Of a stretch of 64,000 nucleotides of DNA, positions 1 to 8,555 are shown in pieces (the stretch's first letter is position 1; each line of letters opens with the position of its first letter). This DNA comes from Escherichia phage kvi. The position numbers were made by a program, and so were the translations under genes. The stretch lies in sequence record MN850615.1. The stretch is one strand, 5' to 3'. Below the pieces are notes generated by a model. The model worked only from the letters and a program-made list of their open reading frames with translations. It was not told the origin of the DNA and made no database searches.

Positions 1-44
1 AAAGCAGTAGAAGAAAGAACGATAGCAGCGATAATGTTTTTCAT
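1..44 (-). CDS. 5' end of a gene running off the window (MKNIIAAIVLSSTA..., signal-peptide-like N-terminus)
   Basis: ATG at 44..42 with GAGGAA SD; promoter-like TTGACA-N17-TAAGAT at 79..107 upstream. Confidence 0.35.
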   Translation of the reverse strand, partial: MKNIIAAIVLSSTA

Positions 45-78
45 AATATATTCCTCAGTGTTTTGTCTTGATGGGAGT

Positions 79-107
79 ATCTTACTACTCACTTAATCCG
101 GTGTCAA
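79..107 (-). promoter_or_regulatory. sigma70-type early promoter (TTGACA-N17-TAAGAT)
   Basis: rc of 102..107 is TTGACA; rc of 79..84 is TAAGAT; AT-rich upstream. Confidence 0.5.
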
Positions 108-114
108 CTACTTT

Positions 115-270
115 TTAAATTTCTTCTACAGTAAAGTCTTCAATGTTGTTGTGCTCGGCGAACGTTGCCAGACCAGCATTCCATGCATCATCCTCAGAGA
201 AGAATACACCGTAACGTTCATATCCTTTAGCGCCTTCAAATTTAACCATTAATTTGTGAGTATGTTTCAT
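115..270 (-). CDS. hypothetical small protein (51 aa, MKHTHKLMVKFEG...)
   Basis: track ORF 115..333 trimmed to ATG at 270 with AAGGAGA SD; the longer start would lie inside the promoter at 302..330. Confidence 0.5.
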   Translation of the reverse strand: MKHTHKLMVKFEGAKGYERYGVFFSEDDAWNAGLATFAEHNNIEDFTVEEI

Positions 271-301
271 TTTGATTCTCCTTCGTTGTCTTGATGAGTT
301 T

Positions 302-330
302 AGTATAGGGGATCGCCGATCCCCTGTCAA
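302..330 (-). promoter_or_regulatory. sigma70-type promoter with palindromic 17-bp spacer (TTGACA-ggggatcggcgatcccc-TATACT)
   Basis: read directly on minus strand; spacer is a near-perfect GC-rich palindrome. Confidence 0.6.
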
Positions 331-339
331 CAACTATTT

Positions 340-552
340 TTAATTTTTACCCGCTCGTGCATTAATACGCATTTTCTGAATAGCCATGATCTGGCTTACT
401 GCTTCTTCTTTACGTTCTTGCGTGATAACGTGACCAGATTCCGCAAACTCTCCCGCAACTTCTTCTACGATCTCGCGAACTTGAGAACGTCCAAATATGC
501 GGTTTCCTTCGTAGCTCATAAATTCTGTTACTACTTGCTCGATAGATTTCAT
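340..552 (-). CDS. hypothetical protein (70 aa)
   Basis: track ORF 340..597 trimmed to ATG at 552 with AGGAGAATCAC leader. Confidence 0.5.
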   Translation of the reverse strand: MKSIEQVVTEFMSYEGNRIFGRSQVREIVEEVAGEFAESGHVITQERKEEAVSQIMAIQKMRINARAGKN

Positions 553-581
553 GTGATTCTCCTTTCGTTTGGTATGGTAGT

Positions 582-610
582 ATAATACTACTCCCATTTC
601 TTTACGTCAA
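582..610 (-). promoter_or_regulatory. sigma70-type promoter (TTGACG-N17-TATTAT)
   Basis: rc of 605..610 TTGACG; rc of 582..587 TATTAT. Confidence 0.5.
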
Positions 611-613
611 CAA

Positions 614-775
614 CTATTTTAAATTATTTTCGACCTTCACCCATTCCGCGTATTCTTGCGCGGCTACTTTCGGATTTAGTCCGTCTTCGTACATTGCTTC
701 AAGTAATGCTTCGTCGGTGGGCTTATACCCTAGATAAGCCTCCACCTGATTTTTCCAAATTTTATACCAGTTCAT
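614..775 (-). CDS. hypothetical small protein (53 aa, MNWYKIWKNQ...)
   Basis: track ORF 614..844; internal ATG at 775 chosen because upstream gene ends at 780. Confidence 0.4.
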   Translation of the reverse strand: MNWYKIWKNQVEAYLGYKPTDEALLEAMYEDGLNPKVAAQEYAEWVKVENNLK

Positions 776-779
776 ATTA

Positions 780-1052
780 TCACCAGTCAAGAGCGCGTGT
801 CTCTGCGTCTTCCCATGCTTGATCCATAACAGCCTTGAAAACATATTCTAAAGTATCATCTTTAGAGAATCCGAAGACCTTAGACGGAATATCTTCAATT
901 GCTACTCCCGCGACTTCTGCATTACGCGCTTGGCAATAATGCAACTCTAAGTTATCGAGATAGCGACCGCCTAATTTCTCCATATCATCCCAGCATTTCC
1001 AGTAACCTACTTTATTTGCAATCGCTAACACCTTGCTGTTTTCGTTGTTCAT
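780..1052 (-). CDS. hypothetical protein (90 aa)
   Basis: track ORF 780..1115 trimmed to ATG at 1052 with AGGAGAATCAAAG leader. Confidence 0.5.
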   Translation of the reverse strand: MNNENSKVLAIANKVGYWKCWDDMEKLGGRYLDNLELHYCQARNAEVAGVAIEDIPSKVFGFSKDDTLEYVFKAVMDQAWEDAETRALDW

Positions 1053-1082
1053 CTTTGATTCTCCTTTTGTTTGGTATGTGTG

Positions 1083-1111
1083 TATTATGCAATGATGGAT
1101 TTGTGAAGTCA
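1083..1111 (-). promoter_or_regulatory. sigma70-type promoter (TTGACT-N17-CATAAT)
   Basis: rc of 1106..1111 TTGACT; rc of 1083..1088 CATAAT. Confidence 0.5.
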
Positions 1112-1120
1112 ACAACTTTT

Positions 1121-1152
1121 TAAAATAAAAAAGCCGACCACACGGATCGGCT
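1121..1152 (-). terminator. rho-independent terminator (hairpin agccga...tcggct followed by U-run on minus strand)
   Basis: GC stem at 1131..1152 preceded on plus by aaaataaaaa, i.e. a T-run downstream on minus. Confidence 0.55.
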
Positions 1153-1162
1153 TAATAATCAG

Positions 1163-1558
1163 TTACTTACTAAATTTCTTTTTGGCTTCGTCTACCGCAT
1201 GAGATGCCAGTACCGCAGCCGCATGTGCACTTTTATCTGTGTTGCAGAGAACGCCCAGATAAACATCACGCCAAAGTTTAATCATCTCGTAGATCATATC
1301 AATATCATTTTCTTGTTTGTTGGCGATGCTATTCGTCGTTATCTGGTAAGGTAACGGCTTGATCTGTACTGGTTCCGCCATCGGGCTAATCGGTTTCGGA
1401 TCAGTCATAATAGGTGCTGTTGTGGGTGGTGTTTTCCATACGTCATTATTCCACGGTTTAATCGTTGTATCGTAAAGTTTATAAGGATTTTTGTCTGGAT
1501 TAACCATCCAGGCATGATGAGTACCCAAACCATTTGAAGTGATGCGTCGTTCAGTCAT
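1163..1558 (-). CDS. hypothetical protein (131 aa)
   Basis: track ORF. Confidence 0.5.
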   Translation of the reverse strand: MTERRITSNGLGTHHAWMVNPDKNPYKLYDTTIKPWNNDVWKTPPTTAPIMTDPKPISPMAEPVQIKPLPYQITTNSIANKQENDIDMIYEMIKLWRDVYLGVLCNTDKSAHAAAVLASHAVDEAKKKFSK

Positions 1559-1760
1559 ACTTTCCCTCCAAAAATTCTTTCATCAAATAGTCTATCGTTG
1601 CTCTGTGTTCTGGTGTGTTTGTTATCTCTGCTAACTTATTCAGAGATTCAATAGTGATCCGGTTGGATTCTTCCAGTGTTTCAACGACAATTGGAACAAT
1701 CTTTTTATTGTTGTACACAAATGCAATATAACCGCCTTCTGGATATTCTTTCATAATCAA
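1551..1760 (-). CDS. hypothetical protein (69 aa)
   Basis: track ORF, overlaps neighbours by a few nt. Confidence 0.45.
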   Translation of the reverse strand: MIMKEYPEGGYIAFVYNNKKIVPIVVETLEESNRITIESLNKLAEITNTPEHRATIDYLMKEFLEGKYD

Positions 1761-3103
1761 CCCTTCTTAAGTTCTTTAAGATCTTTCTTATATTCCTTCA
1801 TTGCGGTCGTCTTTGTCCAATACTCATATTCACTATGATGTTTATCGGCATCTTTGACCAGTCGATCATACTCTTCTTGAGTAACGCTATACAATGGCAT
1901 AGAAACTAGCTTATCGGCGTATGGACGCAGTTTTTCATGTCCATTGATGGATTGCATTACCTCGGCCTTTTTCTTGCCCTGTAGCTCGATTTCGCCCTTA
2001 ATTACGCGGTCGATAAATTCAGCTTTAGCCATTGCATAATTGTATGCTTCCAGTGTTTCCGCTTGCATCAATTCAATGCGTTTATCGACATACCCTAATC
2101 GGATTTCGACGAATCGACGGATCAGATCGCTCGCTTTCTCGAATACTTCTACTAAACCACGTTCATTAACCACTACGATATTCTGGGCTACTAACTGTGT
2201 TAGTTTAAAATCCTTCATGATTTGCTCATGTCGAGCGGATTCATCTTCGCTTTTGAAATAATCGCGTTTCAGTGTTACTTCAAATCTGAATCCGTCCTTA
2301 GAGCAACGGTCATTATACGATACAATCAGATCTTTTTCTTCCAGTGCATCCAGTACCGCTACATATTCTTCACGGTCGAACTTATAAGGAACTTCTGATA
2401 TTGTCAGTTTAGTCTTGCCGTTTAGTTCATATGTACCCTCAAGAATCACACCATCGCGATCATCTCGCGGGATAACTTTACCCGTGAATTTCGGGAATTG
2501 AACATTAGGTTCTTTATCCAGTTTTCCGGCAAGTGCTAGCTCTGTGCATTCAATAAGGCTTTCCAGTGAATGCGGTAAAATGTCAGTTTTATACCCTGAA
2601 GCAATACCACTAATACCATTAGCCAATACCATTGGCACAACTGGCAAGTAGAACGCTGGCGGGATGTGTTCCAGATCTTCGTGCTTAGGTGCGCAATTCA
2701 TATCTTTATAGATTTTAAAGAAGTTTTCATGCACACGAGCAAAGATATAACGTGCTGCACCTGCTTTCTGGACTAAACGAGATCCGAAGTTACCTTGACC
2801 GTCAAGCAGTGGAGTATTATTGCTCCATGTATTCGCCATGAGTGATCCGGCTTCTACGGCATTAGTTTCGCCGTGGTGATACCCCAATTCAGCAACACCA
2901 GATCCAATATCTGCCATCTTACGGAATTTCTTACGGTCGCCTTTACTCTTTTGAAGTGCGCACTCCATAACAAAGCGTTGCACTGGTTTAAGCCCATCTA
3001 CTAATTGAGGAATCCCGCGTTCCTCGGCAGAATAGATCGCATATTCCTTAGCTTCATTATGTACAATGCTTTCAAGGCTGCGGTAAGTAACTGATTTATT
3101 CAT
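1757..3103 (-). CDS. 52: DNA topoisomerase II medium subunit (GyrA-like)
   Basis: GyrA-type motifs GLKPVQRF, LDGQGNFGS, AARY; ATG at 3103 with GAGGTGAAG SD (track start 3118 is GTG); position downstream of rIIB as in T4. Confidence 0.85.
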   Translation of the reverse strand: MNKSVTYRSLESIVHNEAKEYAIYSAEERGIPQLVDGLKPVQRFVMECALQKSKGDRKKFRKMADIGSGVAELGYHHGETNAVEAGSLMANTWSNNTPLLDGQGNFGSRLVQKAGAARYIFARVHENFFKIYKDMNCAPKHEDLEHIPPAFYLPVVPMVLANGISGIASGYKTDILPHSLESLIECTELALAGKLDKEPNVQFPKFTGKVIPRDDRDGVILEGTYELNGKTKLTISEVPYKFDREEYVAVLDALEEKDLIVSYNDRCSKDGFRFEVTLKRDYFKSEDESARHEQIMKDFKLTQLVAQNIVVVNERGLVEVFEKASDLIRRFVEIRLGYVDKRIELMQAETLEAYNYAMAKAEFIDRVIKGEIELQGKKKAEVMQSINGHEKLRPYADKLVSMPLYSVTQEEYDRLVKDADKHHSEYEYWTKTTAMKEYKKDLKELKKG

Positions 3104-3110
3104 CTTCACC

Positions 3111-3473
3111 TCATACACGCTTACAAATCACATTCTTTACTTTATCAGATTTATCAGCCCAATCCAATAGCCATTTTAACGGAAGGATTGACACAATAAA
3201 CGGGGCAGCAATCAAAGCAAACATGATACACCGGATAATCAGGAAAGTGCAAGTAACAAAGCTAGCGATACTGATCCCGACAAAACAAAATACCATAGAA
3301 AACAGAGTAATGATATAGAAAGGCCAGAATACCCACTCCCGCATCTTAACGCCTTTGTATTCTCTGAATTGCTTAAAATCTACAAACAACTCTCGGATAG
3401 ACGCGTACAGGACCGAAAAATCATCTTTCATTGCTCTGAATGAGCAATCTTCTATTTTAGAATGACCTAGCAT
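3111..3473 (-). CDS. small membrane protein (120 aa, multiple hydrophobic segments)
   Basis: track ORF; hydrophobic stretches. Confidence 0.5.
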   Translation of the reverse strand: MLGHSKIEDCSFRAMKDDFSVLYASIRELFVDFKQFREYKGVKMREWVFWPFYIITLFSMVFCFVGISIASFVTCTFLIIRCIMFALIAAPFIVSILPLKWLLDWADKSDKVKNVICKRV

Positions 3474-3475
3474 TA

Positions 3476-3769
3476 TTAACCGCCTTTAACCATTGATACA
3501 GGAATTGTTTTCTGATTTGTGTATAAGTGGCCTACTTCAATTTTTTCTTGAATCACCACGACGTTACAATATCCACTGTCTTTAAGTTTTCTGATAATGA
3601 CTCGCTTTTGTTCGTCGGTGATAGGATTGACTGTTCTCACCAATTCACCGCAAATAATAGCACCATCTTTACAATTACCAGTAACTTTCATGCTACGACC
3701 GTGAACAACAACCACGTCACCGTAAATCACATTTTCGTCGTCGTATTTGGTAATAACCGTGACCGTCAT
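3476..3769 (-). CDS. hypothetical protein (97 aa)
   Basis: track ORF; preceded by hairpin aggccgctttgcgcggcct at about 3776..3800. Confidence 0.5.
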   Translation of the reverse strand: MTVTVITKYDDENVIYGDVVVVHGRSMKVTGNCKDGAIICGELVRTVNPITDEQKRVIIRKLKDSGYCNVVVIQEKIEVGHLYTNQKTIPVSMVKGG

Positions 3770-3814
3770 AATGTATTCCCTCTAAGAAAGGCCGCGCAAA
3801 GCGGCCTATGTTGA

Positions 3815-4147
3815 TTATTGTTCTACAGTATAACCGTTGTTTTCAAGCCATGCAATAACAATCTTTTCGCCAATTTCATCGAGCATTTCATCAGCGCCAT
3901 ATTCTTTAATGAAAGTCGATGGATCATTATTGCTTACTACGTGCTGGATCACAACATGTTCAGGAATTGCGTCTAGTAGTTCGCTATGATCATACTCATT
4001 AACGATATCTTCAACACTAACATTATTAACCAAATCAACATCATCCATAGTCACAGTAACGCGACCGGACGGACGCAATGAATATTGGCTACTTTCAACT
4101 TCAACATGTGCACTTTCGCAAGTAACTTTCATATCAACCATAATCAA
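3815..4147 (-). CDS. strongly acidic small protein (110 aa, about 23 D/E vs 5 K/R)
   Basis: track ORF; composition counted by eye. Confidence 0.5.
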   Translation of the reverse strand: MIMVDMKVTCESAHVEVESSQYSLRPSGRVTVTMDDVDLVNNVSVEDIVNEYDHSELLDAIPEHVVIQHVVSNNDPSTFIKEYGADEMLDEIGEKIVIAWLENNGYTVEQ

Positions 4148-4155
4148 TTCCTCTG

Positions 4156-5157
4156 TTAGTAATGGCTAAAACCTTCGGTCACATCTTCAACCACATAGTA
4201 ACGATGACAGCGCATTTTGGCATTTGCATAATCTTTCGGGATACTTACAACGTGACGCGGATCAACTTTGCATTTAATGATTCGGCCTCGTCCACCGCCA
4301 TAGTGCGGAATATAGTGTTTCGCTGCAACGTGGAGGCCATTAGAGCAAGTGCGATCATCATCTGGGTCCACGTCTTTACGCTTCATTTTAACCGTGCGAC
4401 CTGGGCTATTATCAAACGTATGCGTAAAGAAATCTTTATAATCAACATCAACACGTTTCCATGCATAGAAACAACCATCTTCCACGATCTCAATGTCGTT
4501 GTGCTCTAAGAAGTCAAATAGACGATCTACGGCCTTACGGCTAGGGTTTTTCTTGCACTTCTCAAAGAAGTTAAGATAGTGCGTATATGGCTTATTCTCT
4601 TTAATCGACTCCACAACTCGACGAGTCAGATTATTATCAAGAACAATATTATGATAATACACAATACCATTTTCGATACGGAAAGCGCCGTGATAATATA
4701 CTTCAACCGCTTTCTTAATGTCAATCAGCGTAATAGCTTTGATGAAATCATTATGTTTAATCGCTTCCAGTGCTTCCTTAAAGTTAACATGTGATGGATC
4801 AGCAGTATAAACAATGTCACCACATGTAATAGTAATAAACTTAGTTGAGGCTATGGCTACGATTTTTGAGGAAGTAGTTACGGGCTTTTTTGCGCGTTCA
4901 CCGCCTTTTCCTTTACTGGTTTTACGGCGTGCTTTACGTTTTTCTAGTGCCTTGCGACCTTCCGCTACTGCGTCTTTCTGAATCAGTAATACACGGGAGG
5001 CAGTGCGACGAGATACACCAAATGCTGCCGCAAGTGCTTCGCGGGTAGTAAACTTACCTTCGCCCCACTGTTTAGCCAGTTTGATTTGTTTCGCAGAATC
5101 CAGACATTGAACGTTACGGTCAGAGACGGTGATTTTTGCTTTAGTCATAGTATTCAT
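4156..5157 (-). CDS. rIIB: RIIB-like protein
   Basis: C-terminal half recalls T4 rIIB (..KCKVDPRHVVSIPKDYANAKMR..VVEDVTE..); adjacent to rIIA; alternative ATG at 5148 has the better SD. Confidence 0.8.
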   Translation of the reverse strand: MNTMTKAKITVSDRNVQCLDSAKQIKLAKQWGEGKFTTREALAAAFGVSRRTASRVLLIQKDAVAEGRKALEKRKARRKTSKGKGGERAKKPVTTSSKIVAIASTKFITITCGDIVYTADPSHVNFKEALEAIKHNDFIKAITLIDIKKAVEVYYHGAFRIENGIVYYHNIVLDNNLTRRVVESIKENKPYTHYLNFFEKCKKNPSRKAVDRLFDFLEHNDIEIVEDGCFYAWKRVDVDYKDFFTHTFDNSPGRTVKMKRKDVDPDDDRTCSNGLHVAAKHYIPHYGGGRGRIIKCKVDPRHVVSIPKDYANAKMRCHRYYVVEDVTEGFSHY

Positions 5158-5210
5158 TCCTCTATTAGTTGGGCGACTATTGCCGCCCGATTCACATCAT
5201 TATACCAGAA

Positions 5211-5342
5211 TTATTTTGCTTCGACAACCTTGCGGATTGTGCGGTCTGATACATTATAGATTCGTGCCAGTTCGCCTTTAGTCAAACCGCGAGCGTATTG
5301 TTTACGGATGGTTTCTTTCTGGATGGCGGTCAGTTTAGTCAT
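5211..5342 (-). CDS. small helix-turn-helix ORF (43 aa, MTKLTAIQKETIRKQYARGLTKGELARIYNVSDRTIRKVVEAK)
   Basis: ATG 5342..5340 to TAA 5213..5211, absent from track (<60 aa); HTH-like pattern. Confidence 0.35.
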   Translation of the reverse strand: MTKLTAIQKETIRKQYARGLTKGELARIYNVSDRTIRKVVEAK

Positions 5343-5353
5343 AATATCACCTC

Positions 5354-7462
5354 TTAAAATTTAACATTCTTAACCAGTTTCATAAAGTCTTGTGCGCGTT
5401 TGTCATTATGCAGAATACGATACCAGTTATCGACAATATCATACAGTAACGGGCTATTCTCTTTAAACTTCGCACAAACTGCTTTAATTCGTTCGTTTGC
5501 TACCGTGAATTTTTCATCACAAATCTTTTTAGTTTCTTCGTCCATAATCCAACGAGTACGAAGGAGTAACTTGGAAACCTCTTTATTATAATGACGACCG
5601 TACAGTCTGTCAATAAATTCTGGAACACAGCGTTCTAGTTCATCGTCATGAAACAACATAGTGATCACACCCAGATATTCGCCATACCCCAGATGATTGG
5701 TCTTAACCTTCTTAGCCAGACCAGCCAGCTTACCGCGAACAAATTCTAGCGCACATTCCAATTGTTCGTCAACGAGATATTTTTGTGTCTCGTTTCGAGT
5801 AATAATATACTTTGTTACCCCGAAGTAGTCAAGCGCCGTGTGTAATGTATTTTCACTATGGATCGATTTACGACTACGGCTTTCGAATGCATCACCTACG
5901 CGGAACATGTGCAAGCCTGATAACTCGCGAATCTCTGCCGCTTTCATGTGATGGCTGGTTTTATGCCAACTGTCACCAATCTTTTCCATGATATACACGT
6001 TAGGCAGCTTAGGAGTCGCTTCACGTTGTGTACGCTCGGTCTTCTCCGGTTTAACTGCTTTAGCACGCAGATCATCGGCCTCAGAAACTTTAATCACGGT
6101 CATTTCAGAATCATCATAATACTGTTTGATGTACTCGAAAGTTTCCATATGTTTTTCGTTGCGCTGACGGAACACCAGTACCTTTTTATTGATGCCGTAT
6201 TCCTGGACCATACCGTTAAGAGTCAGTGCGCGTAGTTTCGGTTTATCGGTATCATCAATAAGACACATAATATCTTCTTTATGCATCCATACAAAATGCG
6301 TAATGTTGTATTGACTGCTAACGAAAGCAGGGCGCAATTTACTGATTGTGTGACGAGTACGATACAGAGTATACACCTGACCTTCTACGTCATTAGGCGA
6401 ATCTTTACCCGCATTCACAAACTTATTATAGATTGCTACCGGATCATCCCACTGCCCGATCTTACCCATCTTGCTAATAATATTGCGTTGAGTCGATGAA
6501 TACTCGCTCATAAATTGCGCAAGTTTACGCTCTGTTTTAATGTTGGCGATCTTCTCTTTGACCTTTTCCAACATCATTTCATTGATTTCTGCAATGCGTT
6601 TTTCGATGTTCGCTTTAGTCTCAATTGACAAGTGAACTTCTTCACGCGATGGCATCAGGTCCAGATCACCCAACTCAAAATTAATGTAAATGGTCTGGTG
6701 CTGGCGGTTTACAGCTTCTAACCATGTTCCGCGAACATATTCATACGGGATCGGATACTGGATCTTACCCATGATTGCATATACTACATAGGAATCGTTA
6801 TCACGCCCATTACAAACATAATAATTATCAAAGCTAGGGAAATAATTAATTTCGATTGCATTGATATTAGGTTTGTGTTCCCCAAAATGACGCAGTACAA
6901 ATTGCGCTTCTCGATGCCATGTCTGAATATCTTTTTCTTTCACCGGAATAGTGATTTTCAGACCATTGTCTTCATAGGTCGGTTCGTCGAAAATCTGCAC
7001 CATTTTCGGCATAGAGTTTTGCACAAATGCCGTAAAGCCATAAGCGCGACCATTGTAATAGTTTACGATTGTAAAGGTGTCAGTGTAGCTATAAGCAGAT
7101 TTCGCACCTAAACCAAAAGACCCGATATAGTCATTAGTCTGGTCTTTTGTTGATTCAAAGTAAACCGTAAACAGTTGTTCTAATTCTTTCTTAGACGGAA
7201 TACCAGTACCATAATCACGCACAGAGAAATACGGTTCGATTGCAGTCGGTAAATGAATATCAAACGGACGATCTAAGGTTCCGGCTTCTTTGTGAGTGTC
7301 GGTAGCATTGCACGAATACTCACGGACGCAAGCACGCTCACAATATTGATAAGTGTTCTTAGAAAGCACCATAAAAGCCTTGCTACTTGCTTTCAGTGAA
7401 AAATCAACCGCACCGCTCAGGTCACTGCCAAATACTTCTTCATTATCAATATGCATTTTCAT
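5354..7462 (-). CDS. rIIA: RIIA-like protein (GHKL-type ATPase-like N-terminus)
   Basis: 702 aa; segment ..YIGSFGLGAKSAYSYTDTFTIVNYYNGRAYGF.. recalls T4 rIIA; synteny between topoisomerase gene and rIIB. Confidence 0.85.
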   Translation of the reverse strand: MKMHIDNEEVFGSDLSGAVDFSLKASSKAFMVLSKNTYQYCERACVREYSCNATDTHKEAGTLDRPFDIHLPTAIEPYFSVRDYGTGIPSKKELEQLFTVYFESTKDQTNDYIGSFGLGAKSAYSYTDTFTIVNYYNGRAYGFTAFVQNSMPKMVQIFDEPTYEDNGLKITIPVKEKDIQTWHREAQFVLRHFGEHKPNINAIEINYFPSFDNYYVCNGRDNDSYVVYAIMGKIQYPIPYEYVRGTWLEAVNRQHQTIYINFELGDLDLMPSREEVHLSIETKANIEKRIAEINEMMLEKVKEKIANIKTERKLAQFMSEYSSTQRNIISKMGKIGQWDDPVAIYNKFVNAGKDSPNDVEGQVYTLYRTRHTISKLRPAFVSSQYNITHFVWMHKEDIMCLIDDTDKPKLRALTLNGMVQEYGINKKVLVFRQRNEKHMETFEYIKQYYDDSEMTVIKVSEADDLRAKAVKPEKTERTQREATPKLPNVYIMEKIGDSWHKTSHHMKAAEIRELSGLHMFRVGDAFESRSRKSIHSENTLHTALDYFGVTKYIITRNETQKYLVDEQLECALEFVRGKLAGLAKKVKTNHLGYGEYLGVITMLFHDDELERCVPEFIDRLYGRHYNKEVSKLLLRTRWIMDEETKKICDEKFTVANERIKAVCAKFKENSPLLYDIVDNWYRILHNDKRAQDFMKLVKNVKF

Positions 7463-7476
7463 AATATAATCCTCAC

Positions 7477-7734
7477 TTAATTAAAATCTTCTTTGTCCAT
7501 CTCTGCGTAGATTACATCCCACGCCCATAAATCAATAAACGCATTATATGTCACGGTGCAATCGTTGTCAATCACTTCTTTCGCATATTTCTTGATGTTT
7601 TCGTAGGAAACTTGCGGGTCAATTTTGTGTTTACGAAGGTGCGCATATTCATATCTCAGACATTTCATAAACAGGTCCATCGATTTCTTTTCTCGATGAC
7701 ACTTGGCGATCATAAAATCAAAACTTCGACTCAT
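7477..7734 (-). CDS. hypothetical protein (85 aa)
   Basis: track ORF. Confidence 0.5.
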   Translation of the reverse strand: MSRSFDFMIAKCHREKKSMDLFMKCLRYEYAHLRKHKIDPQVSYENIKKYAKEVIDNDCTVTYNAFIDLWAWDVIYAEMDKEDFN

Positions 7735-7745
7735 TTTTCTACTCC

Positions 7746-7940
7746 TTATACATTTTCAATTACCCATTGCAGATGGGCTTCTGCGTCAACCAGTTCAGCG
7801 CGGCTTTTCTCTAAGCACTTGCTGTATTCTTTACGTTCCCACTCGGCAATTTCGTTTTTCAGGACTTCTTCATAGTAAGCAATTACGCCTTTCAGGTCTG
7901 AAACTTTACGGCTTGCCAATTCGATGTAATGGTTACGCAT
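7746..7940 (-). CDS. hypothetical protein (64 aa)
   Basis: track ORF. Confidence 0.45.
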   Translation of the reverse strand: MRNHYIELASRKVSDLKGVIAYYEEVLKNEIAEWERKEYSKCLEKSRAELVDAEAHLQWVIENV

Positions 7941-8127
7941 TTTGATTCTCCTTTGTTACTAGATAACGAATTTGGTCTTGCATTGCGATCAGTTCCCAGC
8001 GTGCTACTTTCATCATGGAAACTGACTCTTTGAACATAATATTAGCTTTTTCCTTCTCCCCTGTCAAGTAGATTTCTGCAATTTTTTCACAAAATTTTTG
8101 AGTTTCTTCATTCTTAAACGGTTTCAT
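7933..8127 (-). CDS. hypothetical protein (64 aa)
   Basis: track ORF 7933..8136 starts at TTG; ATG at 8127. Confidence 0.45.
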   Translation of the reverse strand: MKPFKNEETQKFCEKIAEIYLTGEKEKANIMFKESVSMMKVARWELIAMQDQIRYLVTKENQNA

Positions 8128-8157
8128 ATAAGTCAACCTTTTGTTTTCGATGGGGAC

Positions 8158-8186
8158 ATTATGATATATCCCCGATCCAGTGTCAA
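8158..8186 (-). promoter_or_regulatory. sigma70-type promoter (TTGACA-N17-CATAAT) flanked by inverted repeat
   Basis: rc of 8181..8186 TTGACA; rc of 8158..8163 CATAAT; inverted repeat ggggac..atcccc brackets the -10. Confidence 0.5.
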
Positions 8187-8193
8187 CAGATTT

Positions 8194-8493
8194 TTAATCT
8201 TTTTTCAATGCATCCATTACTCGCTCTGCGATCAGTTCTCGTAAGCACTGATAACCATGATATTTGATGGCAATGTCACGCAGATCATTAACCAGTTCCC
8301 GTACTTCATGGTCTTTCAGATCGTCTCTGTATTTCGATTTAACCGTGTCTTTAGGTGGATTGTGGATAACCTGAAAACCTTGTTCTGCAATCACTGCGGC
8401 TTCTCGCTGGCGTTCATGTTGTACTGTATTTTTGATCAGGTCTACTTCCATGAACTTTGTCATACTCATCATCATGTTATTCTTTTTGCTCAT
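8194..8493 (-). CDS. hypothetical protein (99 aa)
   Basis: track ORF 8194..8529 trimmed to ATG at 8493 with GAGGA SD; longer start overlaps promoter. Confidence 0.5.
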   Translation of the reverse strand: MSKKNNMMMSMTKFMEVDLIKNTVQHERQREAAVIAEQGFQVIHNPPKDTVKSKYRDDLKDHEVRELVNDLRDIAIKYHGYQCLRELIAERVMDALKKD

Positions 8494-8527
8494 TATTAAA
8501 TCCTCATAAACGAAAAGGGAGACTCCC

Positions 8528-8555
8528 ATTATAGAGAATCTCCCTTGTATGTCAA
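8528..8555 (-). promoter_or_regulatory. sigma70-type promoter (TTGACA-N16-TATAAT) followed by short hairpin and U-run
   Basis: rc of 8550..8555 TTGACA; rc of 8528..8533 TATAAT; gggagactccc at 8517..8527 then T-run. Confidence 0.5.

Noticed and set aside
115-333. Long N-terminal extensions of several track ORFs (115..333, 340..597, 780..1115, 8194..8529, 11215..11955, 39778..40005, 51780..52055)
   Set aside because: The extensions translate through the upstream promoter/leader cassette and often start at non-ATG codons; internal ATGs with strong SD sequences were preferred
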